Assembly (NCBI GenBank): GCA_951406725.2
Contig: OX597814.1
Location: forward strand, 193,440,001-193,504,000
Reading direction: 5' to 3'
Length of the DNA: 64,000 bases
DNA from: Octopus vulgaris
Lineage: Eukaryota
Within the stretch, counting starts at the first letter, position 1, and every line of letters begins with the position of its first letter. The translations under genes and the position numbers were made by a program. Positions 1 to 13,010 of this stretch are shown here, piece after piece. Under the pieces are notes generated by a model. The model worked only from the letters and a program-made list of their open reading frames with translations, did no database searches and had not been told where the DNA came from.

Positions 1-325
1 CCACACGCCCACGCACACACACAGTGTGCAACGAATAAAATGAAAGTAAATAGCGACAGAGTGATTTGAGGAAGACTAAACTGAAAGTATTTAAACCACT
101 ACTCAAAAAATAAAAAAACACAGCAAACAGAAACAAATAAATACATAACGATTTACTCCTCACACAATTTCTTCAATTAGAGTTTACCTAAGATTTTTCA
201 AAGTACTCCATTCGGTCATGCCATAATATATTTCTTTCAATTTCACCCCCAATTAAGACAAAATTCGAGAAAACTCAATATTTTAACATTTCACTCCGAA
301 AGCATTGATGTACATGTGTGCGTGC

Positions 326-388
<63 letters not shown>

Positions 389-629
389 GATGGGTTGTGC
401 GACACAGAAAGTGTGGTGTGTAAGTGAAGTGCTTTTGTTAGTGTGTGTAAAGAGACAGACAGAGTGAAAGACAGAAATAACTGAACTTTTTTTATTCACT
501 TTTTGTAGTGAGTGACTGAGAGACAAAAGAGAGAGAGAGGTTATGTATGTATATATGTATGTATGGCTTCAGTGACACACACACACAAAAACACATACCT
601 ACGTACACCTAAAGCACGCACACACACAC

Positions 630-1477
630 ACACACAAGCGGAGCGCGAACTTCAAAATTTTGGTAGTATTAATTTGCGAGCGTACTTCTAAGCGCGCGTA
701 ATTGAAAGTTTTCACTATGATATCATCACGTGCGAAAAAATTCGAAGGGTTTTGAACAATTGAGATACAGATGTCACGCCTGTATTGAAACCATTGCTAA
801 GCTGCCGTAATTGCTTAATTAAGACTTTGTTTAAATTGAAAGGGGCAAATATGTGACGAGGTTGAAAAAAATACCCCAGAAAAAAAAATGTACTGCTGGT
901 ATTTATATAATTCACTACTATTTTGCTACAATGTCATGAAAAAGAAAAAATTTAGGTATGTAAATCGAATTCGCCACCCCCTTTTCCCCGTTCGCGTTTG
1001 TGTAAAAAAAATTATTATTTAAGTTTTAAAAATTATTTACTTTGTTCAAAAAATATTAATATTAATTAATTTTCAAGAATTATTTAATTTTATTCTGTAA
1101 AATAGTAATTAATTCATTTATCTGTAAATCCGCGAGGTTGTTACTCAGGCACCTAGAATGGTAACCTTCAACTAACACTATCTCCTCCGAGACCCTGCGG
1201 CGCAAGTTGACCAAAATTGAGAGTATGGTAGAAGAAGGGTTGCTCTTCCTTCCGTAGAACATAAAATTCAAATCGGACCATGTTAACACCAAAAATTATT
1301 TACATCAAAAAGATGCTTTTTTCTATGAAAATCCCTATTTTTTACGATTTTTTCACTGCTGTGTCGCCACTTTTCGGTGTATTTCGACCAGAAAAATGTT
1401 CACAAAATTTTTACTTTTCAAAATTACAATTCCAGCGGGTCGAAACAAACCCGAGCAACGCCGGGCGATACTGCTAG
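630..1477 (+). mobile_element. Helitron-like non-autonomous element (3' terminus firm, 5' boundary uncertain)
   Basis: Ends in a GC hairpin CCCGAGCAACGCCGGG (1450-1465) followed by CTAG (1474-1477) then T, the canonical Helitron 3' end; the same terminus occurs inverted at 6126. Confidence 0.55.
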
Positions 1478-1813
1478 TATATATATATATACATACATAC
1501 ATACATACATACACACACATACAGACAGAGACACACACACACATGTAATCAATATATGTATATGTGTGGGGATGGGAGGGGTGTTTGTGTGTGTCTGTGT
1601 ATGTGTGTGCATGTGAGATATATGAGAATTAAAATAATCGCTTTTAATGGTGGAATTCGAAGCAGACAAAGCTATAAATATTATTGTGTAGCATATTTAG
1701 TTAAAAAGAAATTGGAAATTCTACGTGCTACCATTCACAATTTTATCCAGTTTTGTCTCATCGTTAAAATTGTTTTATTATATATACACTCATGTGTACC
1801 AATACACCCCGCC

Positions 1814-1850
<37 letters not shown>

Positions 1851-1939
1851 TAATATTCATTTCTCGAGCATCAAACTAGTACACTTGCTTGTTGTTCATA
1901 CACCTGTCTTCGTCTTTTGTTTTTCTATAAATTCCGTCC

Positions 1940-2295
1940 AGTCCCACTGCATGACACTTTGGGCAAGTGTCTTCTACTATAGCCTCAGGTCGACCAAAGC
2001 CTTGTGAGTAGATTTGGTAGACGGAAACTGAAAGAAGCCCGTCGTATATATGTATATGTATATGTGTGTATGTATGTGTGTGTGTGTGTGTGTTTGTGTC
2101 TGTGTTTGTTCCCACCAACATCGCTTGACAACCGATACTGGTGTGTTTACGTCCCCGTAACTTAGCGGTTCGGCAAAAGAAACCGATAGAATAAATACTA
2201 GGCTTCCAAAGAATAAGTCTTGGGGTCGATTTGCTCGAGTAAAGGAGGTGCTCCAGCATGGCCGCAGTCAAATGACTGAAACAAGTAGAAGAGTA
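1940..2295 (+). mobile_element. SINE family A (5'-truncated copy)
   Basis: Matches the dispersed repeat at 4237, 8400, 12575, 29464 and 55580; internal (TA/TG)n and tail GGTGCTCCAGCATGGCCGCAGTCAAATGACTGAAAC. Confidence 0.8.
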
Positions 2296-2401
2296 TAATA
2301 TACCTACATCCATACATATAATATACATTCATACATACACGCGTGCATATTATATAAATTTCTTCTATATATTTATTTGTCAAAGAACCTATATACTAAA
2401 A

Positions 2402-2632
2402 GGCGGCGAGCTGGCAGAAACGTTAGCACGCCGGGCGAAATGCGTAGCTGTATTTCGTCTGTCGTCACGTTCCGAGTTCAAATTCCGCCGAGGTCGACTT
2501 TGCCTTTCATCCTTTCGGGGTCGATAAATTAAGTACCAGTTACACACTGGGGTCGATATAATCGACTTAATCCGTTCGTCTGTCCTTGTTTGTCCCGTCT
2601 GTGTTTAGCCCCTTGTGGGTAGTAAAGAAATA
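2402..2632 (+). mobile_element. SINE family B (tRNA-like head)
   Basis: GGCGGCGAGCTGGCAGAA head with A-box-like TGGCAGAAACG and B-box-like GTTCAAATTCC; other copies near 25440-26080, 28610-29080, 49869, 59720 and 61278. Confidence 0.8.
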
Positions 2633-3066
2633 TATATATTTATTTTTCTATACATTTGTCTTTCCATCTATCCGCCTAAATTTCAATCCATAATCTTAAT
2701 AACTCTGGTTATGAAACAAATTAGGAACTTCAATGGCTATGAATTTTACTACTTAAAGGTTGTTTGTCAAAGAACCTATATACTAACACTGCATTATTAT
2801 TATTATTATTATTATTATTATCATTATTATCATTATTATTATAAAAAGGATTATTGTTGTGATTTCCTAACTTTTAAATGAGCAGTTAGCCTCTCAATCA
2901 AGGAACATTTAAACTGTTGTCAGAATTGCCGAGAATCGGTTACATCATTAACATATCGACGTCAACTAATAAATAATAAAGAAGTGAAACAGAACCAGTG
3001 CGTATGTTAATGGTTAGCATAATGACCTTCCCGAGATACAACAAAAGAAAATTTTTAAATTCTTAC

Positions 3067-3090
3067 ATTTTTGATACTGTGAAGAGCCAT
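3067..3090 (-). CDS. Coding exon 1 (MALHSIKN) of a second, tandem IL-17-like paralog; exon 2 not in window
   Basis: ATGGCTCTTCACAGTATCAAAAAT followed by GTAAGA donor; identical to 31864-31841 and inside the duplicated block. Confidence 0.65.
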
Positions 3091-3148
3091 TCCTGTTCTT
3101 CTGAAGAATAATTTCTGGGATTTGAAATTTAATTCAAGTTTATTTATG

Positions 3149-3471
3149 TATTTATAATTGGCACGTGATTCAAAGATTATCTCTTCTTGTTTCTGCTACT
3201 GTCGGTATTTTCGTTGCTGTTGTTTCCTTTTCTTGTCTTCCTTTCTGGTGATGTTGGTGCTGGTTATGATGCTTGCAGTTGATGCTGGTAATGGTGATGA
3301 GTTTTATTGCTGCTGGCAAACCGAAGTTTATCTAGTTGGATCAAAGGTCGAAGAAAAATTGCAGAGAATAAAATTGGCAAAAAAGTTTGCAGTGATTCTG
3401 AAATGATGTTTGCTCTGTTGAAAAGACAGAAACGTTTTGTTGAGGTGTCTTGGCGAATTCCCGTTTTTATA
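3149..3471 (-). promoter_or_regulatory. Candidate promoter/5'UTR of paralog A: distal TATAAAAA (3471-3464) and proximal CACGTG-CCAAT-TATAAATA (3167-3149)
   Basis: Both motif sets are conserved in the second copy; I found no ATG on the minus strand in the about 370 nt between the distal TATA and the start codon. Confidence 0.55.
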
Positions 3472-3564
3472 GCATTTAACCAGGATACGAGGCTGAAAAT
3501 GGTGTATACGTACAAACATACAAACATACATTCCCACACACACCTACTTACATAATACAAGCAT

Positions 3565-3595
<31 letters not shown>

Positions 3596-3644
3596 TACAT
3601 ACATACACACACACATGCATACATATACATATATATATATGTAT

Positions 3645-3712
<68 letters not shown>

Positions 3713-4119
3713 ATGTATGTATGTATCTATTTTTGTGTGTACGCATGCGGATGTGCATATGGGTGGAGTTGGAAGTCGTCTTTGAAAAGAAACGATTAAA
3801 AATTCCCCCTTCACTGTCGATGCCGGGTTTAGTATAAACAGCTGTTTATTTGTGTGTATGTATATGTAAATGTGCAAGCGCTTTTGTTTCTAAATGATTT
3901 TAGACATATTCATGTGATTCTGTATGTGGGAAGGTGGACTAGACACTTGTATTGAGGAAACTTCTAAATGTGTCTTTAATAATGAATATGTGTGTGTGTG
4001 TGTGTGTATGTGTGTGCGTGTGCTTCCGTGTTTAATTAAGTATTTTTAGTGCATAAGTGTGTGTTCCTTCTTGTGAAAAACAATGTTTCAAATAGACTAT
4101 TTGTAAATACTACCACCAC

Positions 4120-4635
<516 letters not shown>

Positions 4636-4779
4636 AATATATACACACACACACACACACACACAGAATTCTTCAATGAAAGCTGGGATGGTCAAGGCTG
4701 GAACATCTTTAGTTATACAAAAACACCACCACAACCAACAACAACAACAACAACAACAATGAAAAATAACACTGACGTC

Positions 4780-5005
4780 TCATTTTAACAGATATATTTA
4801 CCAAAATTACATAGAAATATATCGAAATACTAATGAGTAATTTTATGCAATCTTCTGGACGGTCACCTTGTTTAAGTTGGTGAATGGTGCCATAATCCTT
4901 GCCTTCAGTTCAACTTTGGTGTTACAAGGAGCTTTGTTGGTCTCTCTCCCAACTGTGCCCCACACATAGTAATTAAGGGGGTTGAAGTCTGGGGAGTCAG
5001 TCTCG
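4780..5005 (-). mobile_element. Tc1/mariner transposase C-terminal relic
   Basis: SPDFNPLNYYVWG motif (SPDxNPxD-type third catalytic motif); a related copy at 11232-11550 reads WPPNSPDCNPLDYYVWG. Confidence 0.75.
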
Positions 5006-5462
5006 ACGTGCAGCATGGTGCCAGAGAAGTGACAAAGAAATGTAAAAAACATGCATGTATGTATGTAGATATGTATGTGTGTATGAAATGTAGTGCTTAA
5101 ATTTGTAAAGAAAATTGTGGTGATCTGCCATGGAACAACCACATTGGCAAAGATATTGGTGATTATCTACACCTCGTTTCTGGTAGAAAGAGGGCTCACT
5201 GTCAAACTCATTTTTAAGGACTTCACGTCACCACTTCATTATTTGGACTACCAGGGCCTCAAGGCTGGAGTTCCTTGTAAGGGCTCGAAAATTCTTTGAC
5301 CCTTGTTGGAAGTTATCCTACTGTTGCTGGTTGCATAGGGGGCCTCCATAACATTTTAAGCTTCAGGGCCCCAATATTGTAGATCCGCCATGTGACCTCG
5401 TGCGAACCGTTGGCGATTTTTTTCCCTCTGTCTTCCCTTTTCTGGATCTTTCCTTCTCCTAT

Positions 5463-5497
5463 GTTTCCGACGAAGAGCTCCGCTCGAAACGTTAAAC
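5463..5497 (+). ncRNA. Minimal hammerhead ribozyme-like motif (variant core)
   Basis: GTTT-CCGACGA-A-GAGC tcc GCTC-GAAA-CG-TT-AAAC: stem I GTTT/AAAC, stem II GAGC/GCTC, palindromic AACGTT in place of stem III. Confidence 0.6.
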
Positions 5498-5596
5498 CCT
5501 CCTTCTTTCCTTCTTTCCTGAGCGTCCAATAATACTATATTTGTTCCACGTCCTCGCGTTGTTGTGTTTTTTTTTTGTGCTTTCTTGTTTGGATTA

Positions 5597-5645
<49 letters not shown>

Positions 5646-5651
<6 letters not shown>

Positions 5652-6070
5652 GAAGTTTGAAAACGCCACTATATAAGATAAATTTTAATTTTCATGTTTC
5701 AGTTCTTCTTTAGAAGTCAAGTGTAATAAAAAAGTACATAATTGTTTCTTACTAGTTTCAACAGAGTCCACGTGGTGGTGTTATGTGGGGCGGGGGAGCA
5801 TAATGGCTGTCTTGTGCGTTGATTTTCACGATAACAACCAACGATTCTAGTCAACACAAAAGATAGCCACTATGCTCCCTCCCCGCACAAAACACCACCA
5901 CGTGAACTCTGTTGAGACTAGTAAGAAACAATTATGAACTTTTTTATTACAATTAACTTTTTAAAATATTTTTGATAACGTTCATTTTTTCAAGAAGAAC
6001 CAAAACGTAAAATCTCTAAGAAAATTAAAATTTATCTTGTATTGTGGCGTTTTCAAACTTCTTTTTTATA
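5646..6070. mobile_element. Fold-back MITE-like element in (TA)n
   Basis: Imperfect inverted arms of about 200 bp (GAAGTTTGAAAACGCCAC / GTGGCGTTTTCAAACTTC; CCACGTGGTGGTGTT / AACACCACCACGTG). Confidence 0.75.
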
Positions 6071-6125
6071 AATATATACCCACTCGTATATCACCTACGT
6101 TTTTATAAATATATATATATATATA

Positions 6126-6491
6126 CTAGCAGTATCGCCCGGCGTTGCTCAGGTTTGTAAGGGAAATAACTATAAAGCATTTTTAGAGAGTTATAGCCAA
6201 AAAATAGCAAAAAAATGGAAAAAAAATTATGGTAAATTTTTTTTGAGAGTTAAAAAAGGTGGAGTTGCGTCCCCTAGACGGTCTGTGGTTTGGTTTCTGA
6301 TTCTCGACCCCATGTCGAATTTATCGATTTTTTTCAGAACTGGGGGAACTTTTCAAAATTTTCGCTGCGTTAGTTTTTAATTATGACATTGGGCTATGTG
6401 TGTGTCAAGTTTCATCAGAATCGGTTGAAAGCCGTGGTCAGAGTGAGGGTACGAGAAAACAGACACACAGAAAACGCACAGACAAACTGCC

Positions 6492-6500
<9 letters not shown>
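6126..6500 (-). mobile_element. Short non-autonomous Helitron
   Basis: Reverse complement of the hairpin+CTAG terminus seen at 1450-1477; other end runs into (TA)n. Confidence 0.65.
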
Positions 6501-6557
<57 letters not shown>

Positions 6558-6679
6558 TTAGAGACAAAACCACTATTAGGCAAATCAAACAATGAAAAAC
6601 TTAATCCAATACATAAGATTATTTAATTTATATTATTTAAATATATAAGAAAATTATTTAAAAAATATAATTAATATCA

Positions 6680-6743
6680 CACTACGATCGTTTCATGCCT
6701 GCTAATATCTTCAAATTTTTGAGTCGCAGTCATTCATCAGGTG
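6680..6743 (-). ncRNA. Type I hammerhead ribozyme in AT-rich PLE-type remnant (about 6555-7310)
   Basis: CAC-CUGAUGA-AUGACUGC...GCAGGCAU-GAAAC-GAUC-GUA^GUG; intact core, palindromic stem III loop. Confidence 0.8.
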
Positions 6744-7348
6744 GTTTAAATATCTAAAATATAATCAATATTTTTAAGATATAAATAATATATATAATAT
6801 AATAATTTTACTTATAATAAACTCTATTATTAAATATGATTATATCGAAATCGACTATAATGTTAAATATTAACTTTAATTTATAAGGTAGAAAACCCAT
6901 AATCTAATATCAATATTAGTCTATATCTAATTACATAAATATTTAAAATGACTAATATATATAAATTATCAATGAAAATATATATAAATATTATAATCAA
7001 GATCTAAAATAATCTCTATAAATAATTGTATATAATGAAAACCTAATAAATTTAATTTTTCATATTTAAAGATGAAATAGCTAATTTCAAATTACAAATA
7101 AAATAACTTAAACGGACTTTCAAAATCCTATGTAAAATACGTATAGAAATATTCAATTCTTAGTAATATAGTATCAAATAAATACTATAAGTACTATAAA
7201 TATAATTATGAATGGGAATAATTATCTAATATAAATTATGCTATTAAATTAGACATGGCCTAGACCAATCTTTAGTCGAAACATATCTAATTTTATCAAA
7301 GTTTATCTAATATATATACACATACATATATATATATACACATACATA

Positions 7349-7386
<38 letters not shown>

Positions 7387-7677
7387 AAAGGGTGGAATAT
7401 AATTAATTTAATAAAATTAATCAATTTCACCTAGTAGATTTGTCGGTATGGAAAAGACCATATTTGGTAAGGGTTATAATAATTATAATAAAGGGTTAAA
7501 TGCAACAGGTTGCTCAAAACCACATACCGAAAATGTTAGAAATAGCAGCCAAAATTGGTCACTATTTCCTCTACTAGTAAAAAGTCTCCACAAACAAACA
7601 GAATTTGTAAGCTGTATATGGCAAAAAAAGGCAGAAAAAACGAAAACCCAGCCTAAATATATATATATATATATGTA

Positions 7678-7717
<40 letters not shown>

Positions 7718-7814
7718 CATACATATATAAATATACATACACACATACATACATACATACATACACATACACATACACATACATACATACATACATACAT
7801 ACATACATACATAA

Positions 7815-8250
7815 AAAATACTTTGGAGAAATGTACAGTGAACAAGGTAACGAAATTACTAAACGGAAACAACTTAGATGGAATACAAGACTTGAAGAAA
7901 ACATTCACAACGTGCTCCGCCATATTGGGTGGTTAGCTACAAGAAAATGTAAGGAGGAAAATGAGTTTACACCTCACCAACTCTACCTTAGATAAAAAAT
8001 TAACGAAACTTTTTGGAAACTCTTCACACCGAGCTCTTGAAGGAAAACTAATCACTTTAAAACATGAACTCAAGACGATGAGCGAGAAACTCGGCTATCG
8101 CATGCGAATTTTTGAACGAGCCAGTATCAATCACAAGCTTGCTTCCAACGCACAAACTTTATACAGAGAGATGAGGAAGGAAAACATTACCATTAATAAA
8201 GCTCCCTCTCAAGAAGATCTACAACCATTCTAGTCTGAATTATCAAGGTT
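7815..8250 (+). mobile_element. Internal fragment of R4/Dong-like non-LTR ORF (region upstream of RT)
   Basis: Frameshifted peptide LKHELKTMSEKLGYR...INHKLASNAQTLYREMRKENITINKAPSQEDLQPF resembles the pre-RT segment of R4-clade ORFs. Confidence 0.5.
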
Positions 8251-8399
8251 AAATACAAGAGAGAATACTGTACCATGCGTACGGAAAACGCACTTTTTCC
8301 GTCGAGGATCAAAATGCCCCAACACTAGATTGTTTTCTTTAGTCAATACACAGTGATCGCTTATAAGCCTTTAAAAAATTATTTACAGATTATATAGAC

Positions 8400-8563
8400 G
8401 TAAGAGTGGCTGTGTGGTAAGTAGCTTGCGTACCAACCACATGGATCCGGGTTCAGTCTCACCGCGTGGCACGTTGGGCAAGTGTCTTCTACTATAGCCT
8501 CGGGCCGACCAAAGCCTTGTGAGTGAATTTGGTAGACGGAAGAAACCCGTCCTATATATGTGT

Positions 8564-8649
<86 letters not shown>

Positions 8650-8860
8650 TTGTGTGTCTGTGTTTGTCCCTCCAACATCGCTTGACAACCGATGCTGGTG
8701 TGTTTATGTCCCCGTAACTTAGCAGTTCAGCAAAAGAGACCAATAGAATAAGTACTAGGCTTACAAAGAATAAGTCCTGGGGTCAATTTGCTTGACTAAA
8801 AGGCGGTGCTCCATCATGGCCACACTCACATGACTTGAAACAATTAAAAGAGTAAAAGAG
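8400..8860 (+). mobile_element. SINE family A
   Basis: Head, body and GTAAAAGA-repeat tail match the other copies. Confidence 0.85.
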
Positions 8861-9066
8861 TATACGTATGTCATTATTCAGTCTAGTTCAAGATTTCTTG
8901 CCAATAGAGAAAGAACCGGTTTCTGACCTAGGTTCAAGGTTCTTTCATTGGAATTTCAACATCAACAACAGAGTATTTTTGTTTGTATGTGTGTATGTGC
9001 AGTTTCGTATACTTTATATATGTATCTTCATGCATATAGTTACATAGTATGTATGCATGTATGTAT

Positions 9067-9108
<42 letters not shown>

Positions 9109-9171
9109 GGGCGGTAACTATTGTTGACGAAGGACAACAATCCCGAAACTATTTCGAGCGTATCACTCAGG

Positions 9172-9216
<45 letters not shown>

Positions 9217-9235
9217 GTATATATGTATGTATATA

Positions 9236-10400
9236 GTGAGAATTTACAAAACAACAAAAGACGAAGACGGGTGTGTAAACAACAAACAAGGGTGCAGTCT
9301 AAGGGATGTAGTGGGATGGGATGGGATGTATAGGGATAGTGGGGTTGGATGTGTAGGGGTGGAGGATAACGAGGGAAGGGTAACGATGAAGGGAGAGGGT
9401 GGAAGTGAGAAGGTGGGTAGAAGTGAAGAGAGGAAGTAGGTGCCAGAGCAAGAGAGGAGAGGTGGATGGGAGGAAGTAGATGTGAGAGGAAGAGAGGAGA
9501 GAGGATGAGGGTTAGATGAAGAGGGGAGGAGAGTTGAGCCCATGTGGTGCAAAGGACCGAAGAGAGAAGATTAATCCCTGCTCACGGCGAAGACGGGAGT
9601 CCAGATGGCCCCTGTACAAGGACAATCCGAACACAGACAGGTGTGGTAAAGAGTGACCGGTAGAGCAGAAATGGCGCGAGACCGGGGTGTCGTTGCCGAG
9701 TCGGATGTCTCGGAGGTGTTCCGCGAATCGGTCAGCCAAGCGACGTTCCGTTTGACCGATGTATAGAGAAGGACAGAGAGAGCAGGAGATGCAGTAGATG
9801 ACGTTGCTAGAATTGCATGTGAAGGATTCAGTGATATGATAGGGTCAATGGTGGGCGCCTGTGACGAGGGTGGTATTGGAGAAGTAAGGGCAAGTGTGGA
9901 AGCGTGGGCGGGAGCAGGGGAACGAGCCAGGTTGGGAGATGGGGTTAGGGAAGAAGCTGTGGATCAGAGTTGTTAGGTTTGTGGATTTTGGGGAGGAAGT
10001 AAATTGTGGAAATGCGAGGGGTGCGGACAATGAGATTAGAGGCAGTGGGGGAGACGGGCGGAGAAGATGAGATCATGGACAGTGGAGGACACAGTCTGTT
10101 GGTAGCTGGGTGTGGAGTTGGAAGGCAGGGGGCAGAGGGCAGTAGACGGAGGTGTCTTGAAGTTGGCGAAGAGCTTCCGTCTTGTAGAGGTCCGCGCGTC
10201 ATACCATCACGGCTCCACCCTTGTCGGTCGATTTGATGATGTTGTCCGTGCGGCGTCGGAGACATCGAAGGGCTGGGGAGATGTTCAGATATCGGGGACG
10301 CTTGGAAAAGTCAAACCGGCCCACAACACGCTGGCAAGAGCCCGCAAAAAGATCGACTACTTGGAACTGGCCAGGAGCTAGCGTCCACTTGGATGGTCGG
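9236..10400 (-). mobile_element. Penelope-like element relic (Neptune-type): RT N-terminal piece joined by deletion to GIY-YIG endonuclease
   Basis: PRISTIYFLPKIHKP (RT) and FTCNSSNVIYCISCSLCPSLYIGQTERRLADRFAEH...VSRHFCSTGH...RRE...L.SFAPHGLN (GIY-YIG with zinc-binding motif). Confidence 0.88.
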
Positions 10401-11231
10401 CGGCCCAGGTCGGTGAAGCAGCCCTCCTCATTAGATACTGGTGGAGTACCATCTTACCCATCCTCCTTTCCACTTCCTTCTGCCTCACGCGTCCCACTAT
10501 CCATCCTAATTTCTCCAAAATGCACACCCTTCACTACCTTCTCCCTCTTGCTGAGTTCATTGCCTTCTCCCTCTTCTGAGTTAAAATTCCGCTGAGGTCG
10601 ACTTTGCCTTTCATCCTTTCGGATAATAAACTCTCCCGTTGTTAGACGACGTATGTGGGTTCGATATTTTCTTATCGAACAACCACACAGATGATTTGTT
10701 TATAGTGATCAAATATTTATGTAGACACAGGTTCACTCGCTCCATCAGATCGACATTTCTTGTACAGGTGCAACTGGGTACCACATGCCAGATGTCGAAA
10801 CGATTGCAGAGCAACCTGAAATGAAGTGCTTTGCTCAAGAACACAACACAACGCCTGGTCTGGGAATCGAACCCAAGATCTCGCAGTCGTGAGTGCAACA
10901 CCTTAACAAACGCATACACACACACGAACATATATGTATATTATTTAATATACACAATACATGTTTTTATGTACTAGTAATAGTTTCCTATGTTGAGAAA
11001 TACCTCAAACATATTCATCAGACACGTTTTCTATTTGTTTCCTTCTCAACCTGTCACGTTTCTTCTCTCATTCAATTTTTAGCTTGTTATATGTGGTTCG
11101 CGTCAGAGGAACATGTTTGAGGTATTTCTCAACATTTGAAACTATTAGTAGCACATAAATATATGTATTGTGTTTATTAAATAATGTGTCCCTCACAGAA
11201 GGTATGCTTTTTTTTTGGTTGAACACCGACA

Positions 11232-11550
11232 TCGCATTTTAACAGACATATTTACCAAAATTGCATCGAAGTATTTTAAAATACTAAAGGGTAAATTTAT
11301 TCAGTAAAATCGCCATTGGCTTCAACCACGGCCTTCAGACGACGTCGGAATCTTCTGCAACTCTTCTGGACAGTCTTCTTGTTTAAGTTGGTGAATGCTA
11401 TCGTAATCCTTGTTCAGCTGCGCCCCACACATAATAATCAAGGGGATTGCAGTCTGGGGAGTTAGGTGGCCAGATGTTAGGGGCGATGTGCTCGCAGAAA
11501 TTGTCTGACAACTATGACTGGATTCTCCTGCTTGTGTGTCATGGTACAGC
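11232..11550 (-). mobile_element. Tc1/mariner transposase relic
   Basis: Minus strand encodes NIWPPNSPDCNPLDYYVWG; shares its 3' sequence with 4780-5005. Confidence 0.75.
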
Positions 11551-11556
11551 GCCCTG

Positions 11557-11595
<39 letters not shown>

Positions 11596-12159
11596 TTAGA
11601 CTATTTACAAAATTTAGCCGACCATTTGATATCTTCTTGGCGTAAGTGGATGACTGTAATGACGTCATTAATAATGCATAATTCCTGTTTCTTTGAAAAC
11701 GTTAATAAATAACAGCGGTCCACATCTTCTCTGTCTATCCTGAATTCTGTTTGGAAAACCACAAAACTTAGCGCTGGAGGAAATTATATCAGGTGACAGG
11801 ATATTCAGGATTGAATTTAGCGGGGGAGTGGATTGAGATAAACAACAACAAAAAAAGAAAAGAAAAGAAAAAAACCCAAACAATATGCATACATACAGAT
11901 GTACAAACAACATCGCTCTTGAAGACAAAGAAATAACAATCTACAAATAAATAACCAATAGAATACAACAGAGTTTAGTTTATTTTGCTGTAAAGTAGCA
12001 GAGGAAAACTTTACGCTCGAAAAACATTATTATTTACGTCAATGACTGAGATGTCTCTTCCTGTCTCTTTTACAATGGAATGTCAAATGGACAATCTCTC
12101 AGCGTTCCTTAATTTCTTTTATTTACTACAACATATAAGTACATAGCATATATAGATAG

Positions 12160-12550
12160 AGATGCAATGGCCTAGTGGTTAGGACAGCGGACTCGCCGTC
12201 GTGAGATCGCGGATTCGATTCCCAGACCGAGCGCTGTGAGTGTTGTTTATTGATCGAAAACATCTAAAGCTCCACGATGCTCTGGCAAGGTGTGGTGGCG
12301 AACCCTGTGGTACTCTTTCACTACAAATTTCTCTCACTCTTTCTTCCTGTTTCTGTTGTACCTGTATTGCAAAGGGCTAGCCTTGTCACACACTGTGTCA
12401 CGCTGAATCTCCCTCGAGAACTACGTTAAGGGTACACGTGGCTGTGGAGCGCTCATCTACTTGCACGTTAATTTCACAAGCATGCTGATCCGTTGATCGT
12501 ATCAACAGGAACCCTCCTCGTATCAACTGGAACCGACGGAGTGCCAAGAC
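12160..12550 (+). mobile_element. tRNA-derived SINE, family C
   Basis: A box TGGCCTAGTGG and B box GGATTCGATTCCC, then non-tRNA body; a related element lies at about 10627-10905 (-). Confidence 0.7.
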
Positions 12551-12574
12551 ATACTTACGTACATAGATACTTTC

Positions 12575-12995
12575 TCTTTCTCTTTTCTCTTTCTCTTTTA
12601 CTTGTTTCAGTCATTTGACTGCGGCCATGCTGGAGCACCGCCTTTAGTCGAGCAAATCGACCCCGGGACTTATTCTTTGTAAGCCCAGTACTTATTCTAT
12701 CGGTCTCTTTTGCCGAACCGCTAAGTGACGGGGACGTAAACACACCAGCATCGGTCGTCAAGTAATGCTAGGGGGACAAACACAGACACACAAACACACA
12801 CAAACACACACACACACATATATGTATACATATATACGACAGGGTTCTTTCAGTTTCCGTCTACCAAATCCATTCACAAGGCATTGGTCGGCCCGAGGCT
12901 ATAGTAGAAGACACTTGCCCAAGATGCCACGCAGTGGGACTGAACCTAGAACCATGTGGCTGGTTAGCAAGCTACTTACCACACAGCCACTCCTT
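12575..12995 (-). mobile_element. SINE family A
   Basis: Reverse complement of the 4237 copy; further copies at about 14672-15015 (-), 29464-29870 (-), 55580-56250 (-), 57770-58135 (+) and 61500-62030. Confidence 0.85.
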
Positions 12996-13010
12996 GCTTT
13001 GCTTAAGGCA

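Larger units (their letters stand above)
2305..4110. repeat. Segmental duplication, copy A (paralogous to about 30300-32760)
   Basis: Colinear high identity by eye, e.g. 2843 AAAAGGATTATTGTTGTGATTTCC vs 31631 through AATAGACTATTTG at 4091 vs 32741; the copies carry different TE insertions. Confidence 0.92.

Noticed and set aside
3158-3555. Duplicated plus-strand ORFs MARDSKII... and MLLANRS... (also 31932-32542)
   Set aside because: Non-ATG starts; they are the antisense reading of the duplicated IL-17 leader, conserved only because the duplication is recent
12160-12235. tRNA gene (also 46052 and 60987)
   Set aside because: A/B boxes are present but continue into a repeated SINE body with no clean acceptor stem or terminator
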